The notes under the pieces are model-generated. The model was given only the letters and a program-made list of their open reading frames with translations, ran no database searches and was not told the origin of the DNA. A stretch of DNA of 64,000 bases from assembly GCA_937863685.1 (NCBI GenBank), contig CALMGM010000005.1, positions 1,012,217-1,076,216 on the forward strand, written 5' to 3'. The stretch comes from an uncultured bacterium. Its GTDB lineage: Bacteria; Edwardsbacteria; AC1; EtOH8. Within the stretch, counting starts at the first letter, position 1. Every line of letters starts with the position of its first letter. The translations under genes were made by a program, and so were the position numbers. Positions 8,490 to 17,107 of this stretch are shown piece after piece.

Positions 8490-10666
8490 ATTGCACCTTT
8501 TATGTTAGGTTCTTGTACTTCTTTCATGGACAGGGCAATGCGCTTGCGCTCCAGGTCCACCTCCAGCACCTTGACCTTGACCTTCTGCCCCACCTTGACC
8601 ACCTCCTTGGGGTCACGCACATACTTGTTGGCCAGCTGGGAGATGTGCACCAACCCGTCCTGGTGGACGCCGATGTCCACAAAGGCCCCGAAATTAGCCA
8701 CGTTGGTGACCACGCCCTCCATCACCATTCCGGTCTTCAGGTGGCGGATCTCAGTAACGCCCTCCATGAAATTGGCCAGCTCGAACTTTTCCCGTGGATC
8801 GCGTCCGGGTTTCTTGAGTTCCGCCAGGATATCGTTCAGGGTAGGGAGCCCCACGGTGTCGGTGACGTATTTTTTTGGGTCTATCTTATCGGCCAGCAAG
8901 GCATTGCCCACCAGCTGATCGGTCTTGGTCTTCAGATCCTTGGCCATCTGCTTGACTATGGCATAGCTTTCGGGATGAACCGCAGAGTTGTCCAGCGGAT
9001 CAGCGCCGTCCCTGATGCGCAGAAAACCGGCGGCCTGTTCGAAGGCCTTGGGTCCTAGCCGGGCAACCTTCAACAATTCCTTGCGGTTCTTAAAGGCGCC
9101 GTTCTCATCGCGATACATGACGATATTCTTGGCCATAGCCTCGCTTAAGCCCGAGACGTATGCCAGCAGGGAATAGGAGGCAGTATTCAGTTCCACCCCG
9201 ACAAAATTGACGCAGGATTCCACCGTCTCATGCAGGGCCTGCCTAAGCTTGGGCTGGTTGACGTCATGCTGGTATTGCCCCACCCCGATGGACTTGGGAT
9301 CGATCTTCACCAGCTCGGCCAGCGGGTCCTGCAATCTTCTGGCGATGGAGATGGCCCCACGCACCGAGACGTCCAGGTCGGGAAATTCCTCGCGGGCCAG
9401 GTCCGAGGCCGAATATACCGAGGCGCCGGACTCGCTGACCACCACCGGCTGGAGCTTGACCCCCCGGGTGTCTTTTATCACTTCCCGGACGAAGGCATCG
9501 GTCTCGCGGGAGGCGGTGCCGTTGCCAATAGCCGCCAGTTCCATTTTATGCTTTTTAGCCAGGGCGGCCAGGGTTGCTGCCGCCTCCTGTCTTTGGCGGT
9601 CGGAGCCGTGGGGAAAAACGGTGACGTATTCCAAAAATTTCCCGGTCTGGTCCACCACCGCGATCTTGCAGCCGGTGCGCAGACCGGGGTCTATGCCCAT
9701 TATGGCCTTGGATCCGGCCGGCGGAGCCAGCAAAAGATTCCTTAAGTTCTCGGCGAACACTTTTATGGCCTCGATGTCCGATCTCTCTTTGATCTCGGAA
9801 CGCAGCTCCACTTCTATGGAGCTGTTCAAATAGACCCTATAGGCGAAGCCGATGACCTCGGTCAGAAACCCCGCCTGGGCATAGGAGCCGTTCCGGATGA
9901 ATTTTTTCAGCAAATATTCATCTATCTCGGCGGCCGGAGCTTCCAGGCCGGCCGTCAGTACCTCCTCGTTCTCCCCGCGCATGATGGCCAGAAAACGGTG
10001 GGAGGGGATGCTTTTAAGAGGCTCCTTGAAATCGTAGTATTGGTTGAACTTGGTCTTCTGCTCCCGGAATCCCTCTTTTACCATCGAGGTCAGGATGCCC
10101 TTGTTCAGGGTGACCTCCCGGATGAACTTGCGGACCTCGGCATCGTCGGATATCAGCTCGGCGATGATATATTTGGCTCCCTCCAAAGCTTCCTTTATAT
10201 TGCTGATGCCCAATTCGGGATTGATATATTTCTCGGCCAGTTGTTCGGGAAGGATACTCTGTCCCTGCAGCCACAGCTCCATGGCCAGCGGCTCCAATCC
10301 TTTTTCCTTGGCCGCCATGCCCTTGGTCTTGCGCTTGGGCTTGTAGGGAAGATAGAGATCCTCTAATTCCTGTTTTACCAGGCAGGCTTCGATCTTTTCC
10401 TTAAGCTCGTCGGTGAGCTTGCCCTGTTCCTTGATGCTTTTAAGGATGGCGGCCCGGCGCTCCTCCAGTTCCGTGATATAATCGAAGCGGTCCCGGATAT
10501 TGCGGATCTGGACCTCGTCCAGCAGGCCGGTCCTTTCCTTGCGGTAGCGGGCAATGAAGGGGACGGTGGCCCCCTCGTTGAATAGGGCCAGGGTGTTGCT
10601 TACCTGGAAAGCCTGAAGCCCCAGTTCGCGGGTGATGACCTGGGTTATCTGAAGTTCGTTAAGCAT
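8486..10666 (-). CDS. tex: Transcription accessory protein Tex (S1 RNA-binding domain protein)
   Basis: Tex N-terminus LNELQITQVITRELGL...VPFIARYRKE, a YqgF-like segment GIDPGLRTGCK, an HhH region and a C-terminal S1 domain (GMVMEGVVTNVANFGAFVDIG..DGLVHISQL). I chose the start at M15 (10666) rather than 10708. Confidence 0.9.
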   Translation of the reverse strand: MLNELQITQVITRELGLQAFQVSNTLALFNEGATVPFIARYRKERTGLLDEVQIRNIRDRFDYITELEERRAAILKSIKEQGKLTDELKEKIEACLVKQELEDLYLPYKPKRKTKGMAAKEKGLEPLAMELWLQGQSILPEQLAEKYINPELGISNIKEALEGAKYIIAELISDDAEVRKFIREVTLNKGILTSMVKEGFREQKTKFNQYYDFKEPLKSIPSHRFLAIMRGENEEVLTAGLEAPAAEIDEYLLKKFIRNGSYAQAGFLTEVIGFAYRVYLNSSIEVELRSEIKERSDIEAIKVFAENLRNLLLAPPAGSKAIMGIDPGLRTGCKIAVVDQTGKFLEYVTVFPHGSDRQRQEAAATLAALAKKHKMELAAIGNGTASRETDAFVREVIKDTRGVKLQPVVVSESGASVYSASDLAREEFPDLDVSVRGAISIARRLQDPLAELVKIDPKSIGVGQYQHDVNQPKLRQALHETVESCVNFVGVELNTASYSLLAYVSGLSEAMAKNIVMYRDENGAFKNRKELLKVARLGPKAFEQAAGFLRIRDGADPLDNSAVHPESYAIVKQMAKDLKTKTDQLVGNALLADKIDPKKYVTDTVGLPTLNDILAELKKPGRDPREKFELANFMEGVTEIRHLKTGMVMEGVVTNVANFGAFVDIGVHQDGLVHISQLANKYVRDPKEVVKVGQKVKVKVLEVDLERKRIALSMKEVQEPNIKGAI

Positions 10667-10841
10667 GGCGCCTTTCTTAAATAGGTTTCCCTGCCAATTA
10701 TAAATCATTTTAACAAGAATTTCATCGGTGAATATTCAACCGGATGAAAATTCTTCTTGATAATTTCACGTTTTTGGGTTACATTTATAGCGTTATCCGC
10801 CTCCGGAGCCTTTGACAATAAATCATCCCGAAGAGGTGAAA

Positions 10842-11543
10842 ATGGAATTCGAAACCGAGCAACATTACAAAGCAGGCCTGGAACTGTTCTCCAAGGGACG
10901 TTATGGCGAGGCTATTCAGGAGCTTAAACGGGCGATCAAGCTGTCTCCCAAATTTCCGGACCTCCATAACCAACTGGGGATGTCCTACCATTTCAACGGG
11001 CAGTTCGAGGAGGCGGTCAAGTCCTTCCATGCCGCCATCGAGCTCAACCCCCGCTACGTGGAGGCCTACCTGAACCTGGCCATCAGTCTGAACGAGCTGG
11101 GGCGCTATGAAGAGGCGGTCAAGTATTTCAACAAGGCCTCCGAGGCCGAGGATATCAAGGACGGGCTGACCCTCAGCATCCGCAACCGGCTGGCCGAGAC
11201 CCACACCAAGCTGGGGATCACCTACAGCGACATCGGGTACCATTACGAGGCGGTGGAGGAGTTCAGCAAGGCCCTGAGCATAAATCCCCACTATCCCGAC
11301 ATCCGGCTCCGACTGGCCAAGAGCTACCTGAGCCTGAACAATTTTCACAAGACCATCGGCGAGATCGAGGTCATCCTGTCCTCCAACCCCAATTACATCG
11401 AGGCCATGATCCTGCTGGGAGTGGCTTATCTCAAGGACGACCGGAAGGACCTGGCCCGTGAGCAGTGGAATAAGTGCCTGGAGATCGACCCCAACAACAT
11501 AAGGGTGAAGACCTATCTGGCTTTGATGGACAAGGAAAAATGA
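10842..11543 (+). CDS. Tetratricopeptide (TPR) repeat protein
   Basis: Several 34-aa TPR units are present (YKAGLELFSKGRYGEAIQELKRAIKLSP..., EAYLNLAISLNELGRYEEAVKYF..., IEAMILLGVAYL...). I prefer the ATG at 10842, preceded by gaagaggtg, to the TTG at 10812. Confidence 0.75.
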   Translation: MEFETEQHYKAGLELFSKGRYGEAIQELKRAIKLSPKFPDLHNQLGMSYHFNGQFEEAVKSFHAAIELNPRYVEAYLNLAISLNELGRYEEAVKYFNKASEAEDIKDGLTLSIRNRLAETHTKLGITYSDIGYHYEAVEEFSKALSINPHYPDIRLRLAKSYLSLNNFHKTIGEIEVILSSNPNYIEAMILLGVAYLKDDRKDLAREQWNKCLEIDPNNIRVKTYLALMDKEK

Positions 11544-11554
11544 CCGGGGGATGA

Positions 11555-11590
11555 AAGAAGGGGGCCTGAAAGTTTTCAGGCCCCCTTCTT
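11555..11590. terminator. Long perfect hairpin at the convergent TPR / radical-SAM gene ends
   Basis: aagaagggggcctgaaa / tttcaggcccccttctt forms an approximately 17-bp stem. Its 3' arm overlaps the last codons and stop (11576-11578) of the radical-SAM gene. Confidence 0.55.
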
Positions 11591-12760
11591 GTTGGCCGCC
11601 GCGGCCAGCGACAACATCTCCCTAAGGGCATAGTGCCACTGGCTGCAGTCTTCGTCCGGAGATTTTGCCCGGCAGCCACCCAGACACCAGGGCAGAATGT
11701 TGCACATCCGACAGTGGGCCTCGTGAAAGGGGTCCCAGTCCAGCCAACGGAAATTCTGAGGGGCCAGGGGATATTCAATGTCCTCCGGCAGCATCTTCTC
11801 CGGGGATCCCAGATCATCCCAGCATTTGTATATGTTTCCGGAGGTGTCGAATATGAAACTCTGTGGGTCGACCGCCTGGCAGGCCACCAGCTTGGGGTGT
11901 GGCAGGTTCTCCACCGCAAAGCCCGATCCCAAAAGGCGGTTGATATTTGTCACTTCATCATCCTCTAGATTTGGCGCACTCTGGCACAGTTGGTTAACGT
12001 TCCGGCAGAGTTTTGGACCGGGGGTATTTTTCAGAAACCTGACCCGGGCCGCCGGGGGAAGCCGGCCGATATTCTTTGAAATGCCGGCGATGTCGCCCAG
12101 CAGGACGGTCGGGGCCGCCGGCAGGTCGTCCAGATCGACCGAGCCGATGTTCAGAAACAATTCATTCTCCCGGGACAGGGCGGTCAACCGGTTGGCCGGG
12201 CCGCCACCGCTGCCGATGGTGCGGTATGAATATTCGAAACCCGATTGCTGCGCCAGCAGGGCCAGCTTCTTATCGAACTCCAGAACCATTTTCCAGGCCA
12301 GGGCCGGCTGGCCTCCCCACCAGCCGATGACCAGATGCTTCAGGCCGGGAGTCCGACCTGAGATCAGCCGGAATATCTTGTCCAGGGCCAGGGATGACAG
12401 ATCGGTGCGGCTGCCCTGATAAGGGCAGCCGGAACAGTTCTGGTCGCAGCGGGTGGTGGGACAAATCCACAGGCTCAAGCGGCCGCGGTCGAAGCGGTGC
12501 AGGTGACTCAACACCTCGATCTGTCTGAGTTCGTCAATACTATCATCGATCATGAATTCCATCTTGGCCAGATCGGCCACCAACTTGGCTATCGACGGAT
12601 CCTTCTGATTGATCAGATTATAGGTCAGGGGCAGGGACAGCCCGCCGTAGACCGCCGACTGGGCGTTGTCCAGTTCCAGAAAACGGTGGTTCCAGGAATT
12701 GTACAGCAGCTGCGGCAGGTTGCGGCGCCAAATAATGTGGTTGTAGCGGGAAGACTTCAT
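11576..12760 (-). CDS. Radical SAM / SPASM-domain peptide-maturase-like protein
   Basis: CxxxCxxC at about residue 103 (CPTTRCDQNCSGCPY). A GGE-like IGWWGGQPAL follows. The Cys-rich C-terminus (KCWDDLG...HEAHCRMCNILPWCLGGCRA) fits a SPASM domain. About 100 aa precede the cluster, as in RRE-bearing sactisynthase-type enzymes. Confidence 0.8.
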   Translation of the reverse strand: MKSSRYNHIIWRRNLPQLLYNSWNHRFLELDNAQSAVYGGLSLPLTYNLINQKDPSIAKLVADLAKMEFMIDDSIDELRQIEVLSHLHRFDRGRLSLWICPTTRCDQNCSGCPYQGSRTDLSSLALDKIFRLISGRTPGLKHLVIGWWGGQPALAWKMVLEFDKKLALLAQQSGFEYSYRTIGSGGGPANRLTALSRENELFLNIGSVDLDDLPAAPTVLLGDIAGISKNIGRLPPAARVRFLKNTPGPKLCRNVNQLCQSAPNLEDDEVTNINRLLGSGFAVENLPHPKLVACQAVDPQSFIFDTSGNIYKCWDDLGSPEKMLPEDIEYPLAPQNFRWLDWDPFHEAHCRMCNILPWCLGGCRAKSPDEDCSQWHYALREMLSLAAAANKKGA

Positions 12761-12776
12761 TTTTATTTTTAAAGTT

Positions 12777-12810
12777 AAAACGCAAGGCTGATAGCATCAC
12801 CAGCCTTGCG
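12777..12810 (-). terminator. Rho-independent terminator after pilT
   Basis: On the minus strand: cgcaaggctg-gtgatgctat-cagccttgcg followed by tttt. The stem ends only about 20 nt upstream of the radical-SAM start codon at 12760. Confidence 0.6.
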
Positions 12811-12833
12811 AAAATATGAGTACCGTTCGGTTA

Positions 12834-13913
12834 TTACTTTATAGGAGCCGGCTGTACCGGCCTGGCCAGTATGGCCTTGAGATCCTCCTGATTGTCGGTA
12901 TGGCCGAGGGCCTCCTCGTGGGTGACCACCTTGCGGCGCACCAGGTCGGCCAGCGAATGGTTGAGGGTGGTCATTCCCTGCTTCATACCCATCTGGATGG
13001 CCGAGGGGATCTGGGAGGTCTTGGCCTCCCGGATCAGGTTCCGGATGGCGCTGTTGACCAGCATGATCTCATAGGCCATAACCCGTCCGTTGCCGTCGGC
13101 CCTCTTCAGCAGCACCTGGGAGATGATGCCCAGCAGATTGCCGGACAGCTGCATCCGGACCTGGGTCTGCTGGTGGGGCGGGAAGACATCCACTATGCGG
13201 TCGATGGTCTGCATGGCGTCGGTGGTGTGCAGGGTGGAAAGCACCAGGTGGCCGGTCTCGGCCGCGGTTATGGCCAGGGATATGGTCTCCAGGTCCCGCA
13301 TCTCTCCCACCACGATAACATCGGGATCCTGGCGCAGCACGCTTTTCAAGGCGTTGGTGAAGGAGAGGGTGTCCTTGCCCACTTCGCGCTGGTTGATCTC
13401 GGCCTTGACGTCCTGGTAGACGAACTCGATGGGATCCTCGACGGTGATGATATGGCATTCCTGGTTGCTGTTGCGAGTGTTGATCATCGAGGCGATGGTA
13501 GTGGACTTTCCGCAGCCGGCCGGCCCGGTGACCAGCACCAGGCCCCGGGGGCGCATGGCCAGGTTCTTGGAGATGATGGGCAGTCCCAACTCATCCATGG
13601 TGGGGATCTTGTTGGGGATCATCCGGAACACCAGCCCGAACTCCCCGCGCTGGATGAAGGCCGAGGCCCTGAAGCGGCAGAGGTTGGCGATGGAGCAGGA
13701 GAGGTCAAGCTCCTTGTCGCGCCGGAAGCGCTCCAGCTGCTCTTTGGTCATGATCTCCACCGCGAAGCGTTTGGTGTCCTCGGGATTGAGCGGCGGAAGC
13801 TCCAGCGGCACCAGGCTCCCCTGCAGACGCATCATGGGCTTGTTCCCCACCTTCAATATCAGGTCGGAAGCGCCCTTCTGGTATATCAAGTATAAAAGTT
13901 CGGGAAGCTGCAT
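12834..13913 (-). CDS. pilT: Type IV pilus twitching-motility ATPase PilT
   Basis: Walker A GPAGCGKST, an Asp box, the His box TGHLVLSTLHT and the PilT-specific AIRNLIRE motif (SAIRNLIREAK). Confidence 0.9.
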   Translation of the reverse strand: MQLPELLYLIYQKGASDLILKVGNKPMMRLQGSLVPLELPPLNPEDTKRFAVEIMTKEQLERFRRDKELDLSCSIANLCRFRASAFIQRGEFGLVFRMIPNKIPTMDELGLPIISKNLAMRPRGLVLVTGPAGCGKSTTIASMINTRNSNQECHIITVEDPIEFVYQDVKAEINQREVGKDTLSFTNALKSVLRQDPDVIVVGEMRDLETISLAITAAETGHLVLSTLHTTDAMQTIDRIVDVFPPHQQTQVRMQLSGNLLGIISQVLLKRADGNGRVMAYEIMLVNSAIRNLIREAKTSQIPSAIQMGMKQGMTTLNHSLADLVRRKVVTHEEALGHTDNQEDLKAILARPVQPAPIK

Positions 13914-13914
13914 A

Positions 13915-15000
13915 TCACCTGCCTATCGACTGTTCCAGTTCCTGGGGGTTGGACGACTTGGCCAGGGCGTCGTCCAGAGTGACGGTGCCGCTGCGCACCA
14001 GATCCTTGAGGGCCTGGTCCAGGCTCTGCATGCCGAACTTGGCGCCGGTCTGGATCAGGGAATATATCTGGGGGGTCTTTCCGTCCCGAATGACGCTTCG
14101 GACCGCCGGGGTGCACAGCATGATCTCGAAAGCCCCGGCCAGTTTGCTCTTGCCCACCGCCGGAAGCAGGGCCTGGGATATCACCGCTTGGAGCACGGTA
14201 GCCAGCTGGACCCGGGCCTGGGCCTGGGACTCCGGCGGATAGGTATTGATGATGCGGTCCACCGTCTGGGCGGCATCGGTGGTGTGCAGGGTGGCCAGCA
14301 CCAGGTGGCCGGTCTCGGCCGCGGCGATGGACAGCGACATGGTCTCGTAATTGCGCATCTCGCCCACCAATATAACGTCCGGGTTCTGGCGCATCACGTG
14401 GCTCAGGCCGGAGGCGAAACTGGGTGTATCGGACCCCACCTCCCGCTGTTCGATAACCGACTGGTTGTCCTTGTAAAGGAATTCGATGGGATCCTCCAGG
14501 GTGATCACATGAGCCTGGCGCCGCTGGTTGATGTGCTCAACCATGGCGGCCAGACTGGTGGACTTGCCCGATCCGGTGGGACCGGTGACCAGCACCAGAC
14601 CGCGGGGCATCAGGGCCAGATCCTTCATGATGACCGGCAGGCCCCACTCCTCGATGGTCTTTATCTTCAGGGGTATCACCCGCATCACCGCGCCGGCGTA
14701 GCCCCGCTGGCGGAAGGAATTCACCCGGAAGCGGGCCACCCCCGGCAGGCCGAAAGCGAAGTCCAGCTCCAGCTCCTGGTCGAATCGTTTCTGCTGTTCG
14801 ACATTCATGATGCTGAACAGCAGGGCCCGGGTGTCGTTCTCGCCCAGCACCGGAAATTCGCTGCGCACCAGCCTTCCGCCGATTCGGTAAATGGGGGGCT
14901 CCCCGACCCGGATATGCAGGTCGGAGGCCTCACGCAATACCAGCTCCTCCATGAGCTGGTCCATCTGCGGTAATTGGGGATTCTGTGCTTCCATAAACAA
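13915..15000 (-). CDS. PilT/PilU-family retraction ATPase paralog
   Basis: Walker A GPTGSGKST and TGHLVLATLHT. The AIRNLIRE position is divergent (PAVRSVIRDGK). There is a 1-nt gap to the downstream pilT. Confidence 0.85.
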   Translation of the reverse strand: MFMEAQNPQLPQMDQLMEELVLREASDLHIRVGEPPIYRIGGRLVRSEFPVLGENDTRALLFSIMNVEQQKRFDQELELDFAFGLPGVARFRVNSFRQRGYAGAVMRVIPLKIKTIEEWGLPVIMKDLALMPRGLVLVTGPTGSGKSTSLAAMVEHINQRRQAHVITLEDPIEFLYKDNQSVIEQREVGSDTPSFASGLSHVMRQNPDVILVGEMRNYETMSLSIAAAETGHLVLATLHTTDAAQTVDRIINTYPPESQAQARVQLATVLQAVISQALLPAVGKSKLAGAFEIMLCTPAVRSVIRDGKTPQIYSLIQTGAKFGMQSLDQALKDLVRSGTVTLDDALAKSSNPQELEQSIGR

Positions 15001-15051
15001 ATATACTTAAGGTATCAAAACTTACAAAGGTTCTTTATGCTGGTATCGTGA

Positions 15052-15138
15052 TGGTGCCGGTGGAGGGAATCGAACCCCCATGGTATTGCTACCGGTGGAT
15101 TTTGAGTCCACTGCGTCTACCAGTTTCACCACACCGGC
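15052..15138 (-). tRNA. tRNA-Leu (anticodon CAA), class II with long variable arm, CCA encoded
   Basis: The reverse complement reads GCCGGTG-TGGTGAAACTGGTAGACGC-AGTGGACTCAAAATCCACC-GGTAGCAATACCATG-GGGGTTCGATTCCCTC-CACCGGC-ACCA. It has a 7-bp acceptor stem, a CT-CAA-AA anticodon loop and a TPsiC GGTTCGATTCC. Confidence 0.9.
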
Positions 15139-15295
15139 CAAAAGGATGCCTAAGGATAGCAAAAGAGGCCGGTTTTGTCAATCAGTATTTGAGATATGGA
15201 AAACGTATATTATTGTGATAAGCCATCTCTTTGTAATTGACTGGTGTTAAAATGGAAGTTGCCTTCAGTTCCAGGGTGTGATATTATAATCCGAT

Positions 15296-16426
15296 ATGAA
15301 TAGCGTTTATATTCACATTCCGTTCTGCCTGGCCAAATGCGGATACTGCGGGTTCAACTCCCGACCGCTGGCATCCGATAATGAGGCCGGAGTTTATTGC
15401 TCGGCTCTGATGAAAGAGATTGCCAATTGTAAAATGAAAAATGACAATTTGGAGACAGTCTATTTTGGTGGGGGAACGCCCAGCCTGCTTTCGGCCAGAC
15501 AGCTCAAGGACATCCTGGTCAGGGTCAAGGATAATATCGGACCGGTCGGCGATGACTGCGAGACGACCATCGAGGCCAACCCCGGGACGGTGGATATCTA
15601 TAAACTATCCGATCTGCGCGAGGCCGGATTCAATCGCTTAAGCCTGGGAGTGCAGTCCTTCGATCCGGATCTTCTAAAACTGATGGGCCGCCGCCATACC
15701 GCCGGGCAGGCCCTGGCCGCCTTTAGCGATGCCCGGCAGGCGGGCTTCAGAAATATCAGCCTGGACCTGATCTTTGCTTTGCCGGGCCAATCTTTGGAGA
15801 GCTGGCAAACAAACCTGACCAAGGCCTTGGAACTGGGGCCTGAACACATCTCGCTTTATTCGCTGACTTACGAGCCGGAGACCGAGTTCACCCGCCAGAA
15901 GGAGCAGGGCCGTCTCACTCCGGCCTCCGAGGAACTGGAGGAGGAGATGTACCTGGCGGCCATCGAGACCATGGGCTCCGCCGGATATGCCCATTACGAG
16001 GTGTCCAACTTTGCCAGAAAGAATTTCCGGTCCCGGCATAATCTCAATTACTGGCAGGGCGGGGATTATCTGGGGTTCGGGGCCGGGGCCCATTCGCACC
16101 TGGACGGCAAACGCTGGTCCAACTTCAAGGATCCCGATAAATATATCGTTGCGCTGGAAAAAGGCGAAAGCCCGGTCGAGATGGAGGAGACCCTTACCCG
16201 AGATCAGCGAATATTCGAAGCCATATTTCTGGGGTTAAGGATGGTCGAGGGGATAGCTGTCGGGGAATTTGAGAAGAAGTGGGGGCTGGCGCCGACTAAA
16301 TATATGCCCAAGGTGTGGCGCAAGCTGGAGGAAAATTATTATCTGGAGAAGGAGGGGGGACGGGTGAGGCTGAACATCGAAGGGCTGCTGCTGTCGGATA
16401 CTATCCTGGCGGACTTCGCCCCGTAG
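15296..16426 (+). CDS. hemW: Radical SAM heme chaperone HemW (HemN-like, oxygen-independent coproporphyrinogen oxidase family)
   Basis: YIHIPFCLAKCGYCGF (CxxxCxxC), YFGGGTPS and the HemN C-terminal domain. Length of 376 aa is typical of HemW. Confidence 0.85.
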   Translation: MNSVYIHIPFCLAKCGYCGFNSRPLASDNEAGVYCSALMKEIANCKMKNDNLETVYFGGGTPSLLSARQLKDILVRVKDNIGPVGDDCETTIEANPGTVDIYKLSDLREAGFNRLSLGVQSFDPDLLKLMGRRHTAGQALAAFSDARQAGFRNISLDLIFALPGQSLESWQTNLTKALELGPEHISLYSLTYEPETEFTRQKEQGRLTPASEELEEEMYLAAIETMGSAGYAHYEVSNFARKNFRSRHNLNYWQGGDYLGFGAGAHSHLDGKRWSNFKDPDKYIVALEKGESPVEMEETLTRDQRIFEAIFLGLRMVEGIAVGEFEKKWGLAPTKYMPKVWRKLEENYYLEKEGGRVRLNIEGLLLSDTILADFAP

Positions 16427-16451
16427 GAGACCTTTCCCACGAAACCTTGTC

Positions 16452-16915
16452 CTGAGCCGAGTCGAAGGAACACGAAAAGGTCTAAAATATTTTAGTGAGG
16501 TTTGGTGTATTTAGTGGGGAATCTAGGGTTTTTTGCCACAGAGACACTGAGGCGCAGAGTTTTTTTACATGGTTGAATAGTCATTGCGAGGCGGCTATTT
16601 CGTTTGCAAACGAAGCAATCTCTTTGTCATTCCCGACCTGATCGGGAATCCAGGGTTTTCTCACACAAAGGCACTGAGGCACCAAGACTTTTATTCTTTT
16701 TACTTTGTACTTTCAACTTTGAACTGATGCGTCATTGCGAGAAGACATCTGTGCTCGACAAACGAAGCAATCCAGGGACCTGTTAACCACCAAGGCACAA
16801 AGGCACAAATGTATTTTGGCTATCGTGTCATTCCTGCACTTCATTGCATTCAGTATAAACTCCGGCAGGAATCCAGGTACTTTGAACCACTAAGACGCTA
16901 AGAACGCAAAGAGTT
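16452..16915. repeat. Cluster of at least five degenerate modular repeats (hairpin module plus purine-rich CAC-box module)
   Basis: Hairpin modules are gtcattgcgag..N..cgaagcaatc (16580-16620, 16731-16777) and gtcattcc..N..ggaatccagg (16626-16655, about 16823-16875). Each is followed by boxes such as ccacagagacactgaggcgcagag (16536-16559), cacacaaaggcactgaggcaccaag, ccaccaaggcacaaaggcacaaa and ccactaagacgctaagaacgcaaagag. Confidence 0.7.
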
Positions 16916-17067
16916 TTGACCTAACCCCTGCCCACTTCGTATGGCAAAATAAAATTCTTCTCAGTGCAGGCTCTTCCCGATACGGGAAGGGTTCTCTGTC
17001 ACCCTGAGAAGGCAAACTTGTCTGGCAGTTTGAACGGGTGACGATAGGTGTCCTGCCCCAAATACTA

Positions 17068-17097
17068 AAGCCCCGCCGATTGGCGGGGTTTCTTATT
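17068..17097. terminator. GC-rich stem-loop terminator
   Basis: aag-ccccgcc-gatt-ggcgggg-tttcttatt. The good T-tract is on the plus strand, and the element also lies 11 nt past the stop of the minus-strand ORF ending at 17108. Confidence 0.55.
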
Positions 17098-17107
17098 CTA
17101 GCAACCT

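Noticed and set aside
12816-14973. Long plus-strand ORFs (12816-13895, 359 aa; 13429-14973, 514 aa) opposite the two pilT genes. Similar antisense ORFs occur at 17750-19171, 21346-22545, 37600-38889, 41491-42489, 42631-43863, 50854-51615, 56278-57051 and 57051-58073.
   Set aside because: These are shadow ORFs typical of GC-rich coding DNA. Each lies antisense to, or out of frame within, a gene with unmistakable conserved motifs (PilT, helicase, LctP, kinase, DnaK, RpoD and others). Their translations are low-complexity G/H/L/P/Q/R-rich strings with no motifs.
15001-15295. tRNA-Leu as a possible integration hotspot or genomic-island boundary.
   Set aside because: No integrase, no direct repeat of the tRNA 3' end and no compositional shift were seen on either side. 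The flanking genes (pilT paralog, hemW) are ordinary GC-rich chromosomal genes.
16604-16786. 60-aa ORF (MQTKQSLCHSRPDRESRVFSHKGTEAPR...) in the ORF track.
   Set aside because: It is a read-through translation of the intergenic hairpin and CAC-box repeats. It has no RBS, and the same nucleotide modules occur in both orientations elsewhere.
16452-16915. Possible CRISPR array in the repeat-dense tract after hemW.
   Set aside because: The repeats are degenerate, belong to at least three different module types, have irregular spacing and are internally palindromic with long loops. No cas genes are in the window. The same modules are dispersed singly elsewhere (27.3, 29.3 and 43.9 kb), which fits REP/MITE-like elements rather than CRISPR.
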